From: Planctomycetota bacterium
GTDB lineage: Bacteria > Planctomycetota > SZUA-567 > H5-PLA8
Assembly (NCBI GenBank): GCA_038227875.1
Contig: JBBRPR010000016.1
Coordinates: 32,001-96,000, forward strand
Reading direction: 5' to 3'
Length of the DNA stretch: 64,000 bases
Below, in pieces: positions 45,710 to 56,396 of the stretch; position 1 is the first letter of the stretch, and each line of letters starts with the position of its first letter. The notes under the pieces were generated by a model that did no database searches, had not been told where the DNA came from, and saw only the letters and a list, made by a program, of their open reading frames with translations. The position numbers and the translations under genes are program-made.

Positions 45710-45857
45710 CGGGAGTCTCTGGCACTTGTCCATTTGTTCCGGCCACCTATCGAGGTTACACTTGATTGCGTTGTCAGGTCACGGGTGAACACGAACACAA
45801 CGTTATCGGACCCTTGCGGGCTGTGCTGCGCTCGCGTCACGAACGAGGGAGCACTAC

Positions 45858-47030
45858 ATGTCATCACTGCTGGATCAGGCCAAGGCCATCGGACCGGAAC
45901 TCGTCGACATCCGCCGGGATCTGCATCAGCATCCGGAGATCGCCTGGGAAGAATTCCGCACCGGCCAGCGCACCGCCGATTTCTGTGAACGCCTGGGCAT
46001 GCGCGTGATCCGCAATGCCGCGAAGACCGGCACCGTCGCGATTCTTAATGCCGACAAGCCCGGCCCGGCGCTGGCGCTGCGCGCCGACATGGACGCGCTG
46101 CCGATCCAGGAAGAAAATCAGGTCGCGTACAAATCGACCATTTCCGGCAAGGGCCATCTCTGCGGCCATGACGCTCACACCGCGATGCTGATGGGCGCGG
46201 CGAAAATGCTGGCCGGATACAAGGACCAGATTCCGTTCCCTGTCCGTTTCCTCTTCCAGCCCGCCGAAGAAGTCCCTAAGGGCGGCGCAGAGGTGCTGAT
46301 CAACGAAGGACATTTGAATGGCGTCGCCGAAGTCTTCGGACTTCACGTCAACCCGCTGCTGCCCTGCGGCACGCTGGGTTCGCGCAACGGCGCCTTGATG
46401 GCGAGCATGGACCGCATCGAGATCAACGTCGACGGCGTCGGAGGACACGGCGCGATGCCGCACCTCAGTTGCGATCCCGTCGTCGCGGCCGCGCAGATCA
46501 TCGTGGCGCTGCAGAGCATCGTGGCGCGGCGCATCGATCCGCTGGAATCGGGCGTGGTCAGCATCTGCCAGTTGGATGCGGGATCGGCGTTCAACGTGAT
46601 TCCATCCAAAGTGCGCCTGATCGGTACGATGCGCAGCCTGACGCCGGAAATCTGGAACGCGCTGCCGCAATGGGTCGATGAGATCGTGACCAACATCGCC
46701 AAGGGCATGGGCACATCCGCGCGCACGGAGATCATCCGCGGCACGCCGGTGCTGGTCAATCACGCCGAACCGCTGGAAAAGATGAACCGCGCGTTCCGGC
46801 GCATTGGCGGCAATCCCGTCGAAGTGAAGCCGACGATGGGCGGCGAAGATTTCGCGTCGTACTTGCTGAAGACGCCGGGCTGCTTCGCCTTCATCGGCGC
46901 CGGCAACGGCTCGCCGGAAACGTCGCAGTGCTTCCACCACCCGCGCTACAACATTGACGAAAAAGTCCTGCCGTGGGGCAGCGCGTTGTTTACGCAAGTG
47001 GTGCTGGATCGGGCCGGCGTCACGGTTTGA
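45858..47030 (+). CDS. M20D family amidohydrolase
   Basis: RRDLHQHPE, LRADMDALP, HLCGHD.H, FQPAEE, GGHGAMPH, GGEDF, HHPRY. Confidence 0.93.
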   Translation: MSSLLDQAKAIGPELVDIRRDLHQHPEIAWEEFRTGQRTADFCERLGMRVIRNAAKTGTVAILNADKPGPALALRADMDALPIQEENQVAYKSTISGKGHLCGHDAHTAMLMGAAKMLAGYKDQIPFPVRFLFQPAEEVPKGGAEVLINEGHLNGVAEVFGLHVNPLLPCGTLGSRNGALMASMDRIEINVDGVGGHGAMPHLSCDPVVAAAQIIVALQSIVARRIDPLESGVVSICQLDAGSAFNVIPSKVRLIGTMRSLTPEIWNALPQWVDEIVTNIAKGMGTSARTEIIRGTPVLVNHAEPLEKMNRAFRRIGGNPVEVKPTMGGEDFASYLLKTPGCFAFIGAGNGSPETSQCFHHPRYNIDEKVLPWGSALFTQVVLDRAGVTV

Positions 47031-47032
47031 AA

Positions 47033-47383
47033 ATGAAGACCACCGGTCCCGGCATCTTCGATAACGACGTCGCGCAAGGCGTGCGCGCGGAGTTCAACGC
47101 GTCGGTTGCGGAAGGCCTGAGCGTCTTCGCCGCGGCGGAACGCATCCTGGCCAAGCCCATCGACTTTCTAAAAGAGACCGACCGCGACCAGATTTTTCTG
47201 GCGCTCGCGGCGCTGCAACTGGAACACGGTTTGATCCAGCCCAAGGTCAAGAAGAACGCGCTGACCATCATTATTCTCGGCGACGAACTGGAACGCTGGG
47301 AGGCCTCCGCACCGGAATCGTACGAAGCGCGAAAGAAGGTCCTCCAGGATTTGCGCGAGCGACTCACGGCCACGTTAGGCTAG
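47033..47383 (+). CDS. DUF4259-like protein
   Basis: N-terminal G.GIFDND.A; C-terminal W...R.KVL.DL.ERL. Confidence 0.7.
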   Translation: MKTTGPGIFDNDVAQGVRAEFNASVAEGLSVFAAAERILAKPIDFLKETDRDQIFLALAALQLEHGLIQPKVKKNALTIIILGDELERWEASAPESYEARKKVLQDLRERLTATLG

Positions 47384-47416
47384 GCGCGTTTTTTCTCAGT
47401 CCGCAGTCCTTCGTCC

Positions 47417-47839
47417 TCACTCCTTCCGCTTGTTCTTTTTCGAGCCGTCATAGATCGCGGTGAGCACGTTAAAAATTCCGACGCAGACGATGATCGGGCC
47501 GTAGACGGTGGGAGCTCCGGTGCTGAAGCGAAAAATCGTGTACGCGATGCCGCCGACGATCATCAGCAGGCCGAGGATGATGCGGACGGACACGGGCTTG
47601 CGTTCGATCTCCGGGACGCCTTCGCCGCGTTCCGGGCGGTCGGCACGGTCGCGCACGCCTTTCAATTCCTTGACCGGCGATTTTTTGCGGAGGTCTTTGA
47701 CGTCGCTCAAGTCCGGGGCGCGGCGCGCTTTGACGGGCGGTAAGTCGGCCGTGGGGCCGCTGATGATGCAGCCCGGACAGTCGGTCTCATCCGACTTCTT
47801 AATGAAGGTTTTGTTACACGTAGCACATTTCGCGAGCAT
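47417..47839 (-). CDS. Zinc-ribbon + 2-TM protein
   Basis: CATC..CPGC at the N-terminus, two C-terminal TMs. Confidence 0.7.
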   Translation of the reverse strand: MLAKCATCNKTFIKKSDETDCPGCIISGPTADLPPVKARRAPDLSDVKDLRKKSPVKELKGVRDRADRPERGEGVPEIERKPVSVRIILGLLMIVGGIAYTIFRFSTGAPTVYGPIIVCVGIFNVLTAIYDGSKKNKRKE

Positions 47840-48098
47840 GGTTTTTCAGTTCGACCGCTAACCCGAGGTTAAATCAAGACGTACGCGAACCCTCTCCCTT
47901 AGGGACCCAGTCACGAAGGGAGAAATCAGCGTACTCGTTTAAGGGTATTTTTGCACATGTGCAAACAATTTCTTAACAATTCCGACGAATTCATGTGGTA
48001 TGTTTCTATCAACTAAAGCGTGAAACGAAGCGGGCAATGGGGCTCGCGAAGTACAAAGCGTGCAAAGAGTTAAGAAGCGGCCGGAGAAGGGAGTATGG

Positions 48099-49166
48099 AT
48101 GAATAAGCTGTTCGGTACAGTGGTAGGTGTTGGGTTTATGTTCGTATGGTTGGCAGGTTGGACCGCAGGGACGGGATACTTCGATTATCAGGTCGGCCGA
48201 GGGTTCATCAAGCAGCTCGAGGCCCGTAAGTATGCCACAACTTCTGGGACCATCGATAGCAGCCAGGTGATCGATAAGAGCGATGACGACGGCAGCAGTT
48301 ATGCGGTTGAAGTCAAGTATCACTACACGGTCAACGGTCGGGTTTTCTCCAGCAACGTTTTCAATTACGGCACGAAGTCGGCTTCCCAGTCGTGGGCCAA
48401 TTCTGTGGTCGGGATGCACCCGGCCGGATCGACGACCTCCGTCTACTACAACCCGGCCAACCCACAGGACGCGCTGCTGACTCAAGGCATCGATGGCAGC
48501 ATGCTCCACTCGGTGGTTTTCCTGATCCCGTTCAACGTGATCGCGCTGACCATCCTCTACGCGCTGCTCTACGGCCTCTTCTATAGGAAGAAGTCGACGC
48601 AGGAACCGGCCGGCGGCATCCCGGTAAGCACCGACGGCTCCGTGACGCGCGCGACTTTTCCGATCTTCTCCCCGCTGCTGGCTGGCGCGATTGCAATGGG
48701 CGGTAGCGCGTTTCTACTGACGTTCCTGCTGGTCTTCACCAGCGGCGCGTACCCGACGCCGCTCTGGCCGGGCGTGCTGGCGCTGCTGACGGTCGCCGGA
48801 GCGGGAATCGTCGCGTACAGTTACGTCGCCAACTGGAATCGCTGCAGTTCCCGGGACCTGCTGATCGATCCACAGCGCAAGACCATCCAACTCCCCCAGA
48901 CCTGCGGCCGCAAGACGGCGCTGACCGTTCAATTGGAATCGCTGGCGGCCGTCGAAGTTGAGAAGTACTCCAAGACCGACAACGACGGAGACACAACCCA
49001 CTATTTCGCCCCGACGCTCGCCTGGAGCGATCCCGCGGGGTTGCGCACCGCGCGAGTGATCGAGTGGACCGATCAGGCGCAAGCTGAAGCGTTTGTGAAG
49101 TGGCTGCGGGAGGTGCTCTCCGGCGATTCCAAGCCGGTGGATGCACATCTTCGACAACAGGCATGA
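48099..49166 (+). CDS. DUF3592-like membrane protein
   Basis: TTSGTI.SS.V, V.Y.YTVNG, VYYNPANP..A.L. Confidence 0.8.
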   Translation: MNKLFGTVVGVGFMFVWLAGWTAGTGYFDYQVGRGFIKQLEARKYATTSGTIDSSQVIDKSDDDGSSYAVEVKYHYTVNGRVFSSNVFNYGTKSASQSWANSVVGMHPAGSTTSVYYNPANPQDALLTQGIDGSMLHSVVFLIPFNVIALTILYALLYGLFYRKKSTQEPAGGIPVSTDGSVTRATFPIFSPLLAGAIAMGGSAFLLTFLLVFTSGAYPTPLWPGVLALLTVAGAGIVAYSYVANWNRCSSRDLLIDPQRKTIQLPQTCGRKTALTVQLESLAAVEVEKYSKTDNDGDTTHYFAPTLAWSDPAGLRTARVIEWTDQAQAEAFVKWLREVLSGDSKPVDAHLRQQA

Positions 49167-49278
49167 ACGCTATTTTTGAATAGATACGACTATAAAATCC
49201 TGTAAGGTTTTTTGAATCACAATTTTCGACGCACGCCGATGAGTCCACAGTTGACGTGAACTATTTGGAGGTACCACG

Positions 49279-49845
49279 ATGTTTTTTCTGCGCGTCCGAC
49301 CGACCTCCATTGCCGGCAAGAAAGCCGGGAAGATCGGGCTGATTCCCGCGATTCTCATCGCCTTGGGATTTTTCGGATCGCTTTCGGCGCTCTATCTCGT
49401 CGGAGTTCGCGCAACCGCCGTGGATCCCGAGGCGGAAGCCCGCGCCACGTTGCATAAGCAGATTACCTATCAGTTTGAACTCGCCTCCTCGCGATTCAGC
49501 AAACTGCTGCCGGTTGACGATGCTCCCAGCGGGTTTCCGACCACGTTGAAGGGCAAGACGGCCGTGGTGATGCCGATGGGCATGCTCCACGATCTTCATT
49601 GGGATCTGCCGATGGATCTCTGCGCCGAGCAGCCAGACCAGGTAAAAAATGTGATCGTCGTCTCGACGAAGAAAGAGCCGGGCATTGCGGCGAGCCTGTA
49701 CCTCTTCAATCTTGAAACGCGAAAATGCCTGGGCAAGCTCACCGTCAAATCCACGCCGGACATGTCCGACCCACAGAGCGGTTACCGCTTTGTCAACGGA
49801 GCGGTCAGCGATGCGTTCTGGGCCTGGCGTGACAAGTTAAAATAG
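49279..49845 (+). CDS. Hypothetical membrane-anchored protein
   Basis: GGAGG RBS; one TM. Confidence 0.65.
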   Translation: MFFLRVRPTSIAGKKAGKIGLIPAILIALGFFGSLSALYLVGVRATAVDPEAEARATLHKQITYQFELASSRFSKLLPVDDAPSGFPTTLKGKTAVVMPMGMLHDLHWDLPMDLCAEQPDQVKNVIVVSTKKEPGIAASLYLFNLETRKCLGKLTVKSTPDMSDPQSGYRFVNGAVSDAFWAWRDKLK

Positions 49846-49851
49846 GCGCAC

Positions 49852-50349
49852 TTATTTCAGGCGTTCGTTCAACCAGGCGCGCATGCCGTTGACGAAGACT
49901 TTGTTTTTCGCCTGATGCGTGCGGGTGTTGAGCAACAGTGTAAAAAACAGCGAGCACGCCGCGCCAAAAAATCCGCCTGTCAGCATTCCACCACCCACCA
50001 CAAATTGAACCACGCCGCGCTGTACCGTTGCGGCATGGCGCGCGGTGAGATCCGCCGTGTCGACATTGCCCATCGTGGCCCAGAACACCAGGACGCCCAG
50101 GACCGCACCCAGGCTGGTTGAGCGCTTGATAATGCGGGAGTCATGTTCGTCCAGATAGGAGCGCTGCGTCACCATCACGCGTTCGTCGGGCCCCTGCATC
50201 GATCCGCCGGACATCATGCGGATGTCGGCGCCCATGCTCCAGCCCTTGCGCATTTTGATCATGCCGTCGATCAGCGTAACGGAGTATTCTCGCCCGTAGC
50301 GCTTTTCCAGAAGATCGTAAACGTGGTCAGCGTTGGCGGCTTGGACCAT
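49852..50349 (-). CDS. Hypothetical 2-TM protein
   Basis: GGAGG RBS; two hydrophobic segments. Confidence 0.65.
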   Translation of the reverse strand: MVQAANADHVYDLLEKRYGREYSVTLIDGMIKMRKGWSMGADIRMMSGGSMQGPDERVMVTQRSYLDEHDSRIIKRSTSLGAVLGVLVFWATMGNVDTADLTARHAATVQRGVVQFVVGGGMLTGGFFGAACSLFFTLLLNTRTHQAKNKVFVNGMRAWLNERLK

Positions 50350-50693
50350 AGACAGCGGCCTCCGTCAAATAGGATCGAAGCAACAAAAGTGGGTAACGTC
50401 CAGAATAATAATTTGGGCGTGTAGAGTCAATTACGTCACACGAAATTCTGCACTTGGTGCAAGTGCGTCCGCAGTGGCTCCGTAGCCCCGAAATAAGATC
50501 GTCTATTTCCCGCCCTGACGCTCGACAAGCACCGCCCCACAGTTAGCATCGTTCGCAGGTCTTTTTTCGCCGAATTCCCGTAACGATTAACATCGAGCGG
50601 CATCAAGACTAATGTAAACAGAATACCGGTAAGTTTCGGTATCTCTCAACCGTATCAATGGCAGTACTTCTTCAGGCTTACTTTGAGGTTCCG

Positions 50694-53600
50694 ATGATCC
50701 AGGAAAATCTCAAGCAACGGCTCGACGCACTCCGTGGCACGCTGCGCAAGGCGTGCGCGCTCGATGGCGCCGGGCGCGTGGTGCTGGCCATTGTCATCGG
50801 TATCGTCTCGGCGATTTTGCTCGACTACTTCTTCTTCTGGCGCGACCGGCCGGTTAACACCGGGTTCCGCGCGGTGATGCTGCTCTCGTTTGTGGCGACC
50901 ATCGCGGCCCTGGCCTACCGCTACATTCTCTCGCCGCTGACGGTGCCGCTCTCGATCGACGACATGGCCCTCTCCGTCGAACGCGAATTTCCGCAGCTCA
51001 ACGACAGCCTGATCTCCACGATTCAGCTCACGCGCATTCTCGCTTCCGACGCCACGATCAGCACGCCGATGGTCGAAGAAGTCGCACGCCAGGCGCACGC
51101 TTCGACCGGCGCGCTGGATTTCGACAAGGTCGTGAAGTTCGATCGCATCAAGCCGCGCCTGTACTGGGCCGGCGGGTCGCTGGCGCTGCTGCTGCTGCTC
51201 TGCGTCACGCCGGTGGGTGGATTCATCATCGTCGGCGTCTGCCGCTTGTTCAATCCGCTCAGCAACATGCATTATCCGGAACTCACGCACATCGCCATAA
51301 AGGGCGAGCAGCACGAGATCGTGGTGCCGCGCAAGGATTCGCTCCACATCATCGCCGAAGCGACCGGCAGCATTCCCAGCAAGGCGTACATCCGCTTCAA
51401 ATACAGCGAGAACGGCGACTTCAACAAGCCCGAACCGATCACCACGATGAAGCCGGTCTTCGATGCGCAGAACCACATCGTCGCCAAGGAATTCGATTAC
51501 GAATACCAGTCGGTCGGCTCCAGCTTCGAGTACATCATCGAAGCCGGCGACAGCGAGACGTCGACCCACATCGTCCGCGTCGTCGACCGCCCTGAACTGA
51601 ACACGATGGCGATTCAGTACGAGCCGCCGAAGTACATCGCCGACCAGCCGCTGCCGTGGAAGCTCGGCGACCGCACGCTGCGCAACGTGGTCGGCACCCG
51701 CGCCACGATCAAGGGCGAAGTCAACAAGCCGTTGGTCTCCGCGACGATCAAGATCGGCGGCGGTGAGCCAACTGAAATGGTGCTCTCCGACGACGGCAAG
51801 ACCTTCCTCCACACGCTGGCGCTCGAGAAGAACACCGACTACGACATTTTCCTCAAGGACAAGGACGGTCTCGACAACCGCCAGTCCAAGATTCACAACC
51901 GCATCGTCGCGGTGCCCGATGCGCCGCCCGAGATCGCCTGGAAACTCCCCAACACGGATCTGGAAGTCGCGCCGACGGCCAACGTCGCGCTGGCGATGGG
52001 GCTCTCCGACGATTGGGGGTTGCAGAAGGCGTTGATCAAGTTCAAGCGTTACAAGATGGTCGCGCCGCCGGCAAACGGGGCCAACGGCCAAGCCGCGCCG
52101 CCGCCGCAGATCGATCCCAACAGCCCCGCGGTGGAAGGCAACTTCGAATTGACCGACGCGGAAGATGGCGTGGCCTTTGGCCGCAACGTCCTGCGCATGA
52201 ACATGACCAAGGACTGGGCGCTGACCGAACTGGGTTTGGAACCCGGTGACGTGGTCGAATACTGGGCGGAAGCCTACGACTGGTGCCCGACGATCCGCAA
52301 GCCGTCGAAGGTCGATCTCTTCCACCTGCGCGTGCTCTCGGCCGATGAAATCAAGCGCCGCCTGGACATCGAACGCCTGCGCCTGATCGACGATCTGAAA
52401 GTCATCATCCGCGATCAGGAAGGCGACAAGAAGCAGGTCGAAGCGATCAAGGATCACCTCGGCTCCGGCAACGCGTTCGAAAATCCCGACCGCGCCAAGG
52501 TGTCCGAAGCCGGCTCGCTGCAAGACGAAGTCCGCCGCAAGACGCAGAATCTGCAGAACGCGTTCTCGAGCCTGATTGCGCGCTACAAGGCCAACGGACT
52601 CGACACGCCCGACGAAACGCAAAAGCTCCAGAACATGGCCAACACGCTCGGTGAAGAGCACATGACCAAGATGCCGGAAGCGGCCAAGGACATCACCGCC
52701 ACCGCGCTGGTCAAGCAGGATGCCGACCGCGTCGCGCACCTCAAGAAGGCCGCCACCAAGCAGGAAGAAATCCTGACCGACCTGCGTGGCCTGCTGGAGC
52801 AGATGCAGAAGTGGGCGGAGACCGAAGAGTTGCTGCGCATGACCCGCGAACTGCTGATCAAGCAGCGCGGCGTGACGCGCCTGACCGGTGAATTCAAAGA
52901 CCGCCTCGGCACCAAGTCCCCGGCCACGGCCACGAAGGAAGAAGCCGGCCAGGTCAAAGCTCTGGAACACGAAGAACGCGACTGCGCCACGGACATGAAG
53001 GCGCTGGAAATCCGCATGCAGCAGGCGATGGCCAAGATGTTCGACCTCGACAAATGGGTCCACAAGAACATCAGCGACGCCTACAAGATCGCGCAGAACA
53101 CCGACGCCACGCCTGACAACCCCGACCTCCCCGTCGGCAGCGACAAGTCCCCGGGCATCGAAGACAAGATGACGCTGGCCCAGACCAAGATCCGCGAAGA
53201 CTTCGCCTTCGGCGTGGCGATGGGTTCCCAGCGCGGCGCGGAATTGGGACTCGAACGCATCATCACCGTCCTGAGCCGCCGCCGCGAGCCGGACCAGCAG
53301 ATCCTCAAGGAAATCGACGAAGCCAAGCGCAACCTCCAGAAGATCCTGGAGCAGCAGAAGGACCTGCACAAGAAGACCGACAACATCATGAACAAGCAGG
53401 ACCTGCAGCAGAGCATCCAGCAGGCGCAGAAGCAGCTCAAGGAAGTGCGCCAGCGCCAGCAGGAGCTGATGAAGCAGACCACCGCGATGCAGCCGGAAAG
53501 CGACCCGCGCGCCGATGCGCTGGCCAACCGCCTGGAAGACGCCAAGAAGAATCTCGACAACCTGATCAAGGAAGAGAACGACATCTTCAAGAAAACCGTC

Positions 53601-56324
53601 GACCAGCTCTCCGACGCGGAGAAGGAAGTCGCCCGCTCCGTTCACGAACTTGATGAACTGGAGAACGAAGAGCGAGCGATGGCCAAGGAAAGCGAAGCGC
53701 TGAAAGACAGCTCCATCGAAGATGCGCTCCGCTCGCAGTATGAGCAGATCAAGAAACTGCGCGGCCAGCAGAACGACCTCCGCGCCAAGACCTCGATGGC
53801 CGACAGTGCGCCCGACAAGGCCAAGGGCGCCGAGGCGCTCAAGCAATTGAAAGAAGCGGAAGCCAAGCTCGAGAAGGACACGCGTGAGATGCTCGCCGCG
53901 ATGCCGGCCGCCGCCGAAAAACTCGCCAAGCAGACGCCATCGTCGCTGGCCGCTCAGGCTGCGGCCCACGCCATTCAGCAGGCGCAGAGCTCCGCGTTGC
54001 ACGCGCCGGATGAAATGAAGAACGCCGCCGACCAGTTGGCCAAGCCCAGCGGCAAGGACGCGATCGAAGCGCAGGCTGAAGCCGAAAAGAAGCTCGGCGC
54101 CGCCGAAGAAGCGCTGCTCAAGGCCATCAACGCGGGCCATAAGCAGTTCGAAGACGCAATGACGACCAACGCCAACCGCCAGGCCGACGCGCGCCAGAAA
54201 CTCGACGACGTCTCCAACCGCCTCGCGGCGCTGGTCCGCAACGCCACGACGCCGGAACTGACGCAAAAAGACCCGAAGCTCGCCGAAGCCGCCAAGGGTG
54301 CATCGAAGGCGATGCCCGAACTGGAAAACAGCGGCAATGCCATGGGCGAAGCGACCGACACGCTGCGCCAGGGCTCCGGCAAGAACGATCACGCCAGCGC
54401 TCAGAAGGGCTCCGGCATGCAGACGACGGCGGCCGACAAGATCGCCGCCGCCCGCGCCGCGCTGCAGGGCGTCTCCGAAGCGCTCGCCAAGGACAAGCAG
54501 GGCGAGCACGGCAAGACTGGCGACGCGCAAGGCAGCGCGCAGACCCAGGCGCAGGGCTTGCAGAGCCAAATCGAGCAGCTCTCGAAGGACATCAATTCGG
54601 CGGCGGGCAAACCGTCGGCGGAAGCGCAATCCGGTGCGGCCGGCAAGGTCGGCGAAGCCTCGAAGAACATGGGCGACGCGCAGGCGAACCTGAAGAAGCC
54701 CGATCCCACCAGCGCCACGCGTAACGAATCGAAGGCCATCGACGCGCTGGAAGAGGCGCGCGACAAGCTCAACGAACTGCGCCGCCAGGTCGAAGAACTC
54801 AAGACCCCCGCGCGCAAGTTGGAACGCCAGCAGAAGCAGTTGAAGGACGAAGCGCGCAAGCTGGCCACCGACATCGACAAGCTCGAAAGCCAGATGCCGC
54901 AGAAGTCAGAGACCGATCCGAAGGCCGCCGACGCCGTCAAGAACGCCTCCAACAACATGCAGAACGCTCAGAACAGCCTCAGCAACAGTGCCAACACCAG
55001 CGAAGCCAAGACCAGCGAAAGCAAGGGTGGCGAGGGTTCGAAGTCCAAGGGCGGTGAAGGCTCGAAGGGTGGTGAAGGTTCCAAAGGTGGCGAAGGCTCC
55101 AAGGGTGGTTCAGGTTCGAAAGGTGGAGAAGGTTCGAAGGGTGGGGAAGGGTCAAAGGGCGGAGAAGGATCAAAAGGCGGCGAAGGTTCCAAGGGCGGCG
55201 ACCAGGGCAAGGGCGATCAGGGCAAGAACGCCGACGACGACAAGAAGGATGCCGCGAAAGAACAGGAACAGGCGTTGAGCGAACTGGACAAGGCGCTCAA
55301 GGCGCTCGACGATCTCGCCGGCCGCGCCGAAAAGGAACCCGATCCGCGCAGCGCCGCGGCGCTCAAGCGCTTGGAAGAGCCGCAGAAGGCCCTGCGCGAT
55401 GAAGTGCTGAAGCTGCAGAAGAAGCTCGATCAGCTCAAGGACAAGACGGGCAACCAGAAGGCCGACAAAGCCTCGTCATCCAGCCAGTCGGCGAGCAAGA
55501 ATCAGTCGGCGGCCTCCGGACAGATGGGCCAGGGCAGCCAGAGCGGTGCGTCGAGCTCCGAAGAAGAAGCCGAGCAGGACCTGCAGGACGCGCTGGATAA
55601 CCTCGACGACTTCCAGAAGCAGATGCAGGACCAGCAGCGCAACGAGACTCTTTTCCAGATCGAACAGGAACTGAAGAAGATGGTCGGCATCCAGAAGGAC
55701 GTGCTGGGCCGCACTCAGGAAGTCGAAAAGCTGCGCCCCAGCCCGACCGATTCGCTGCCGCGCGCGGCGAAGATCAAGGTCAAGCAGGCCTTTAGCGATC
55801 AGCAGAAGCTGGCCGATTCGACCAAGGTCATCGTCAAGAAGCTCGCCGACGCGCCGGTCTTCGAATGGGTGCTCCAGACCTGCACTGAAGACATGAACGA
55901 AGCCGCCGCGCGCCTGGACAAGGAAGACTCCGGCATCTCCACGCAGGACATCCAGGAAGACGTCGTCCGCAAGCTCGGCGAACTGATCGAAGCGCTCCGC
56001 AAAGAACGGACGAAGTCCGGCGGCGGAGGTGGTGGTGGTGGCGGCGGAGGCGGCAAGCAGCCCCTCGTGCCCCCGTTGGCCGAACTGAAGATGCTGCGCA
56101 TCATGCAGCGCGACGTGAACGCCAAGACCAAGAAGATCGACGAAGAAGTCTCGAAGACCAAAGCGAACGATCTGTCGAAAGATCAGAAAGACCGACTTCG
56201 ACGAGCGGCGGTGAAGGAAGAAGAGATCTCGCGCGTCACCAGCAAGATCGCCGACGACCTCGGCGGCGGCGGCGGTCCCGCTCCGCAGCCGGAGAAGGAA
56301 GACGATAAAGAAGATAAACCGTAA
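50694..56324 (+). CDS. Giant membrane-anchored coiled-coil protein (DUF4175-like)
   Basis: Three N-terminal TMs, VERxFPxLNDSLIS, Ig-like region (D.PPE, DDWGL, L.PGD.VEYW.EAYD), long Q/K/E/A coiled coil, PLVPPLAELKMLR.MQ. GAGG RBS. Confidence 0.88.
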   Translation: MIQENLKQRLDALRGTLRKACALDGAGRVVLAIVIGIVSAILLDYFFFWRDRPVNTGFRAVMLLSFVATIAALAYRYILSPLTVPLSIDDMALSVEREFPQLNDSLISTIQLTRILASDATISTPMVEEVARQAHASTGALDFDKVVKFDRIKPRLYWAGGSLALLLLLCVTPVGGFIIVGVCRLFNPLSNMHYPELTHIAIKGEQHEIVVPRKDSLHIIAEATGSIPSKAYIRFKYSENGDFNKPEPITTMKPVFDAQNHIVAKEFDYEYQSVGSSFEYIIEAGDSETSTHIVRVVDRPELNTMAIQYEPPKYIADQPLPWKLGDRTLRNVVGTRATIKGEVNKPLVSATIKIGGGEPTEMVLSDDGKTFLHTLALEKNTDYDIFLKDKDGLDNRQSKIHNRIVAVPDAPPEIAWKLPNTDLEVAPTANVALAMGLSDDWGLQKALIKFKRYKMVAPPANGANGQAAPPPQIDPNSPAVEGNFELTDAEDGVAFGRNVLRMNMTKDWALTELGLEPGDVVEYWAEAYDWCPTIRKPSKVDLFHLRVLSADEIKRRLDIERLRLIDDLKVIIRDQEGDKKQVEAIKDHLGSGNAFENPDRAKVSEAGSLQDEVRRKTQNLQNAFSSLIARYKANGLDTPDETQKLQNMANTLGEEHMTKMPEAAKDITATALVKQDADRVAHLKKAATKQEEILTDLRGLLEQMQKWAETEELLRMTRELLIKQRGVTRLTGEFKDRLGTKSPATATKEEAGQVKALEHEERDCATDMKALEIRMQQAMAKMFDLDKWVHKNISDAYKIAQNTDATPDNPDLPVGSDKSPGIEDKMTLAQTKIREDFAFGVAMGSQRGAELGLERIITVLSRRREPDQQILKEIDEAKRNLQKILEQQKDLHKKTDNIMNKQDLQQSIQQAQKQLKEVRQRQQELMKQTTAMQPESDPRADALANRLEDAKKNLDNLIKEENDIFKKTVDQLSDAEKEVARSVHELDELENEERAMAKESEALKDSSIEDALRSQYEQIKKLRGQQNDLRAKTSMADSAPDKAKGAEALKQLKEAEAKLEKDTREMLAAMPAAAEKLAKQTPSSLAAQAAAHAIQQAQSSALHAPDEMKNAADQLAKPSGKDAIEAQAEAEKKLGAAEEALLKAINAGHKQFEDAMTTNANRQADARQKLDDVSNRLAALVRNATTPELTQKDPKLAEAAKGASKAMPELENSGNAMGEATDTLRQGSGKNDHASAQKGSGMQTTAADKIAAARAALQGVSEALAKDKQGEHGKTGDAQGSAQTQAQGLQSQIEQLSKDINSAAGKPSAEAQSGAAGKVGEASKNMGDAQANLKKPDPTSATRNESKAIDALEEARDKLNELRRQVEELKTPARKLERQQKQLKDEARKLATDIDKLESQMPQKSETDPKAADAVKNASNNMQNAQNSLSNSANTSEAKTSESKGGEGSKSKGGEGSKGGEGSKGGEGSKGGSGSKGGEGSKGGEGSKGGEGSKGGEGSKGGDQGKGDQGKNADDDKKDAAKEQEQALSELDKALKALDDLAGRAEKEPDPRSAAALKRLEEPQKALRDEVLKLQKKLDQLKDKTGNQKADKASSSSQSASKNQSAASGQMGQGSQSGASSSEEEAEQDLQDALDNLDDFQKQMQDQQRNETLFQIEQELKKMVGIQKDVLGRTQEVEKLRPSPTDSLPRAAKIKVKQAFSDQQKLADSTKVIVKKLADAPVFEWVLQTCTEDMNEAAARLDKEDSGISTQDIQEDVVRKLGELIEALRKERTKSGGGGGGGGGGGGKQPLVPPLAELKMLRIMQRDVNAKTKKIDEEVSKTKANDLSKDQKDRLRRAAVKEEEISRVTSKIADDLGGGGGPAPQPEKEDDKEDKP
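55026..55226 (+). repeat. In-frame GGEGSK tandem repeat
   Basis: Nine 18-bp units encoding GG(E/S)GSK, then GDQGK x2. Confidence 0.9.
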
Positions 56325-56396
56325 GGGATTGGGCGAAGACGGGATTCGGGATTCGGGAATCGGCAACACAACGCGGCCAGTGGTGAGGATGTTCTG

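Noticed and set aside
50350..50690. Possible ncRNA/tRNA in the long intergenic region
   Set aside because: Only a short hairpin (GCACTTG-GTG-CAAGTGC); no cloverleaf or recognisable riboswitch; likely divergent promoters.
50655..54629. 1324-aa minus-strand ORF
   Set aside because: Antisense shadow of the strongly codon-biased giant gene; no motifs.
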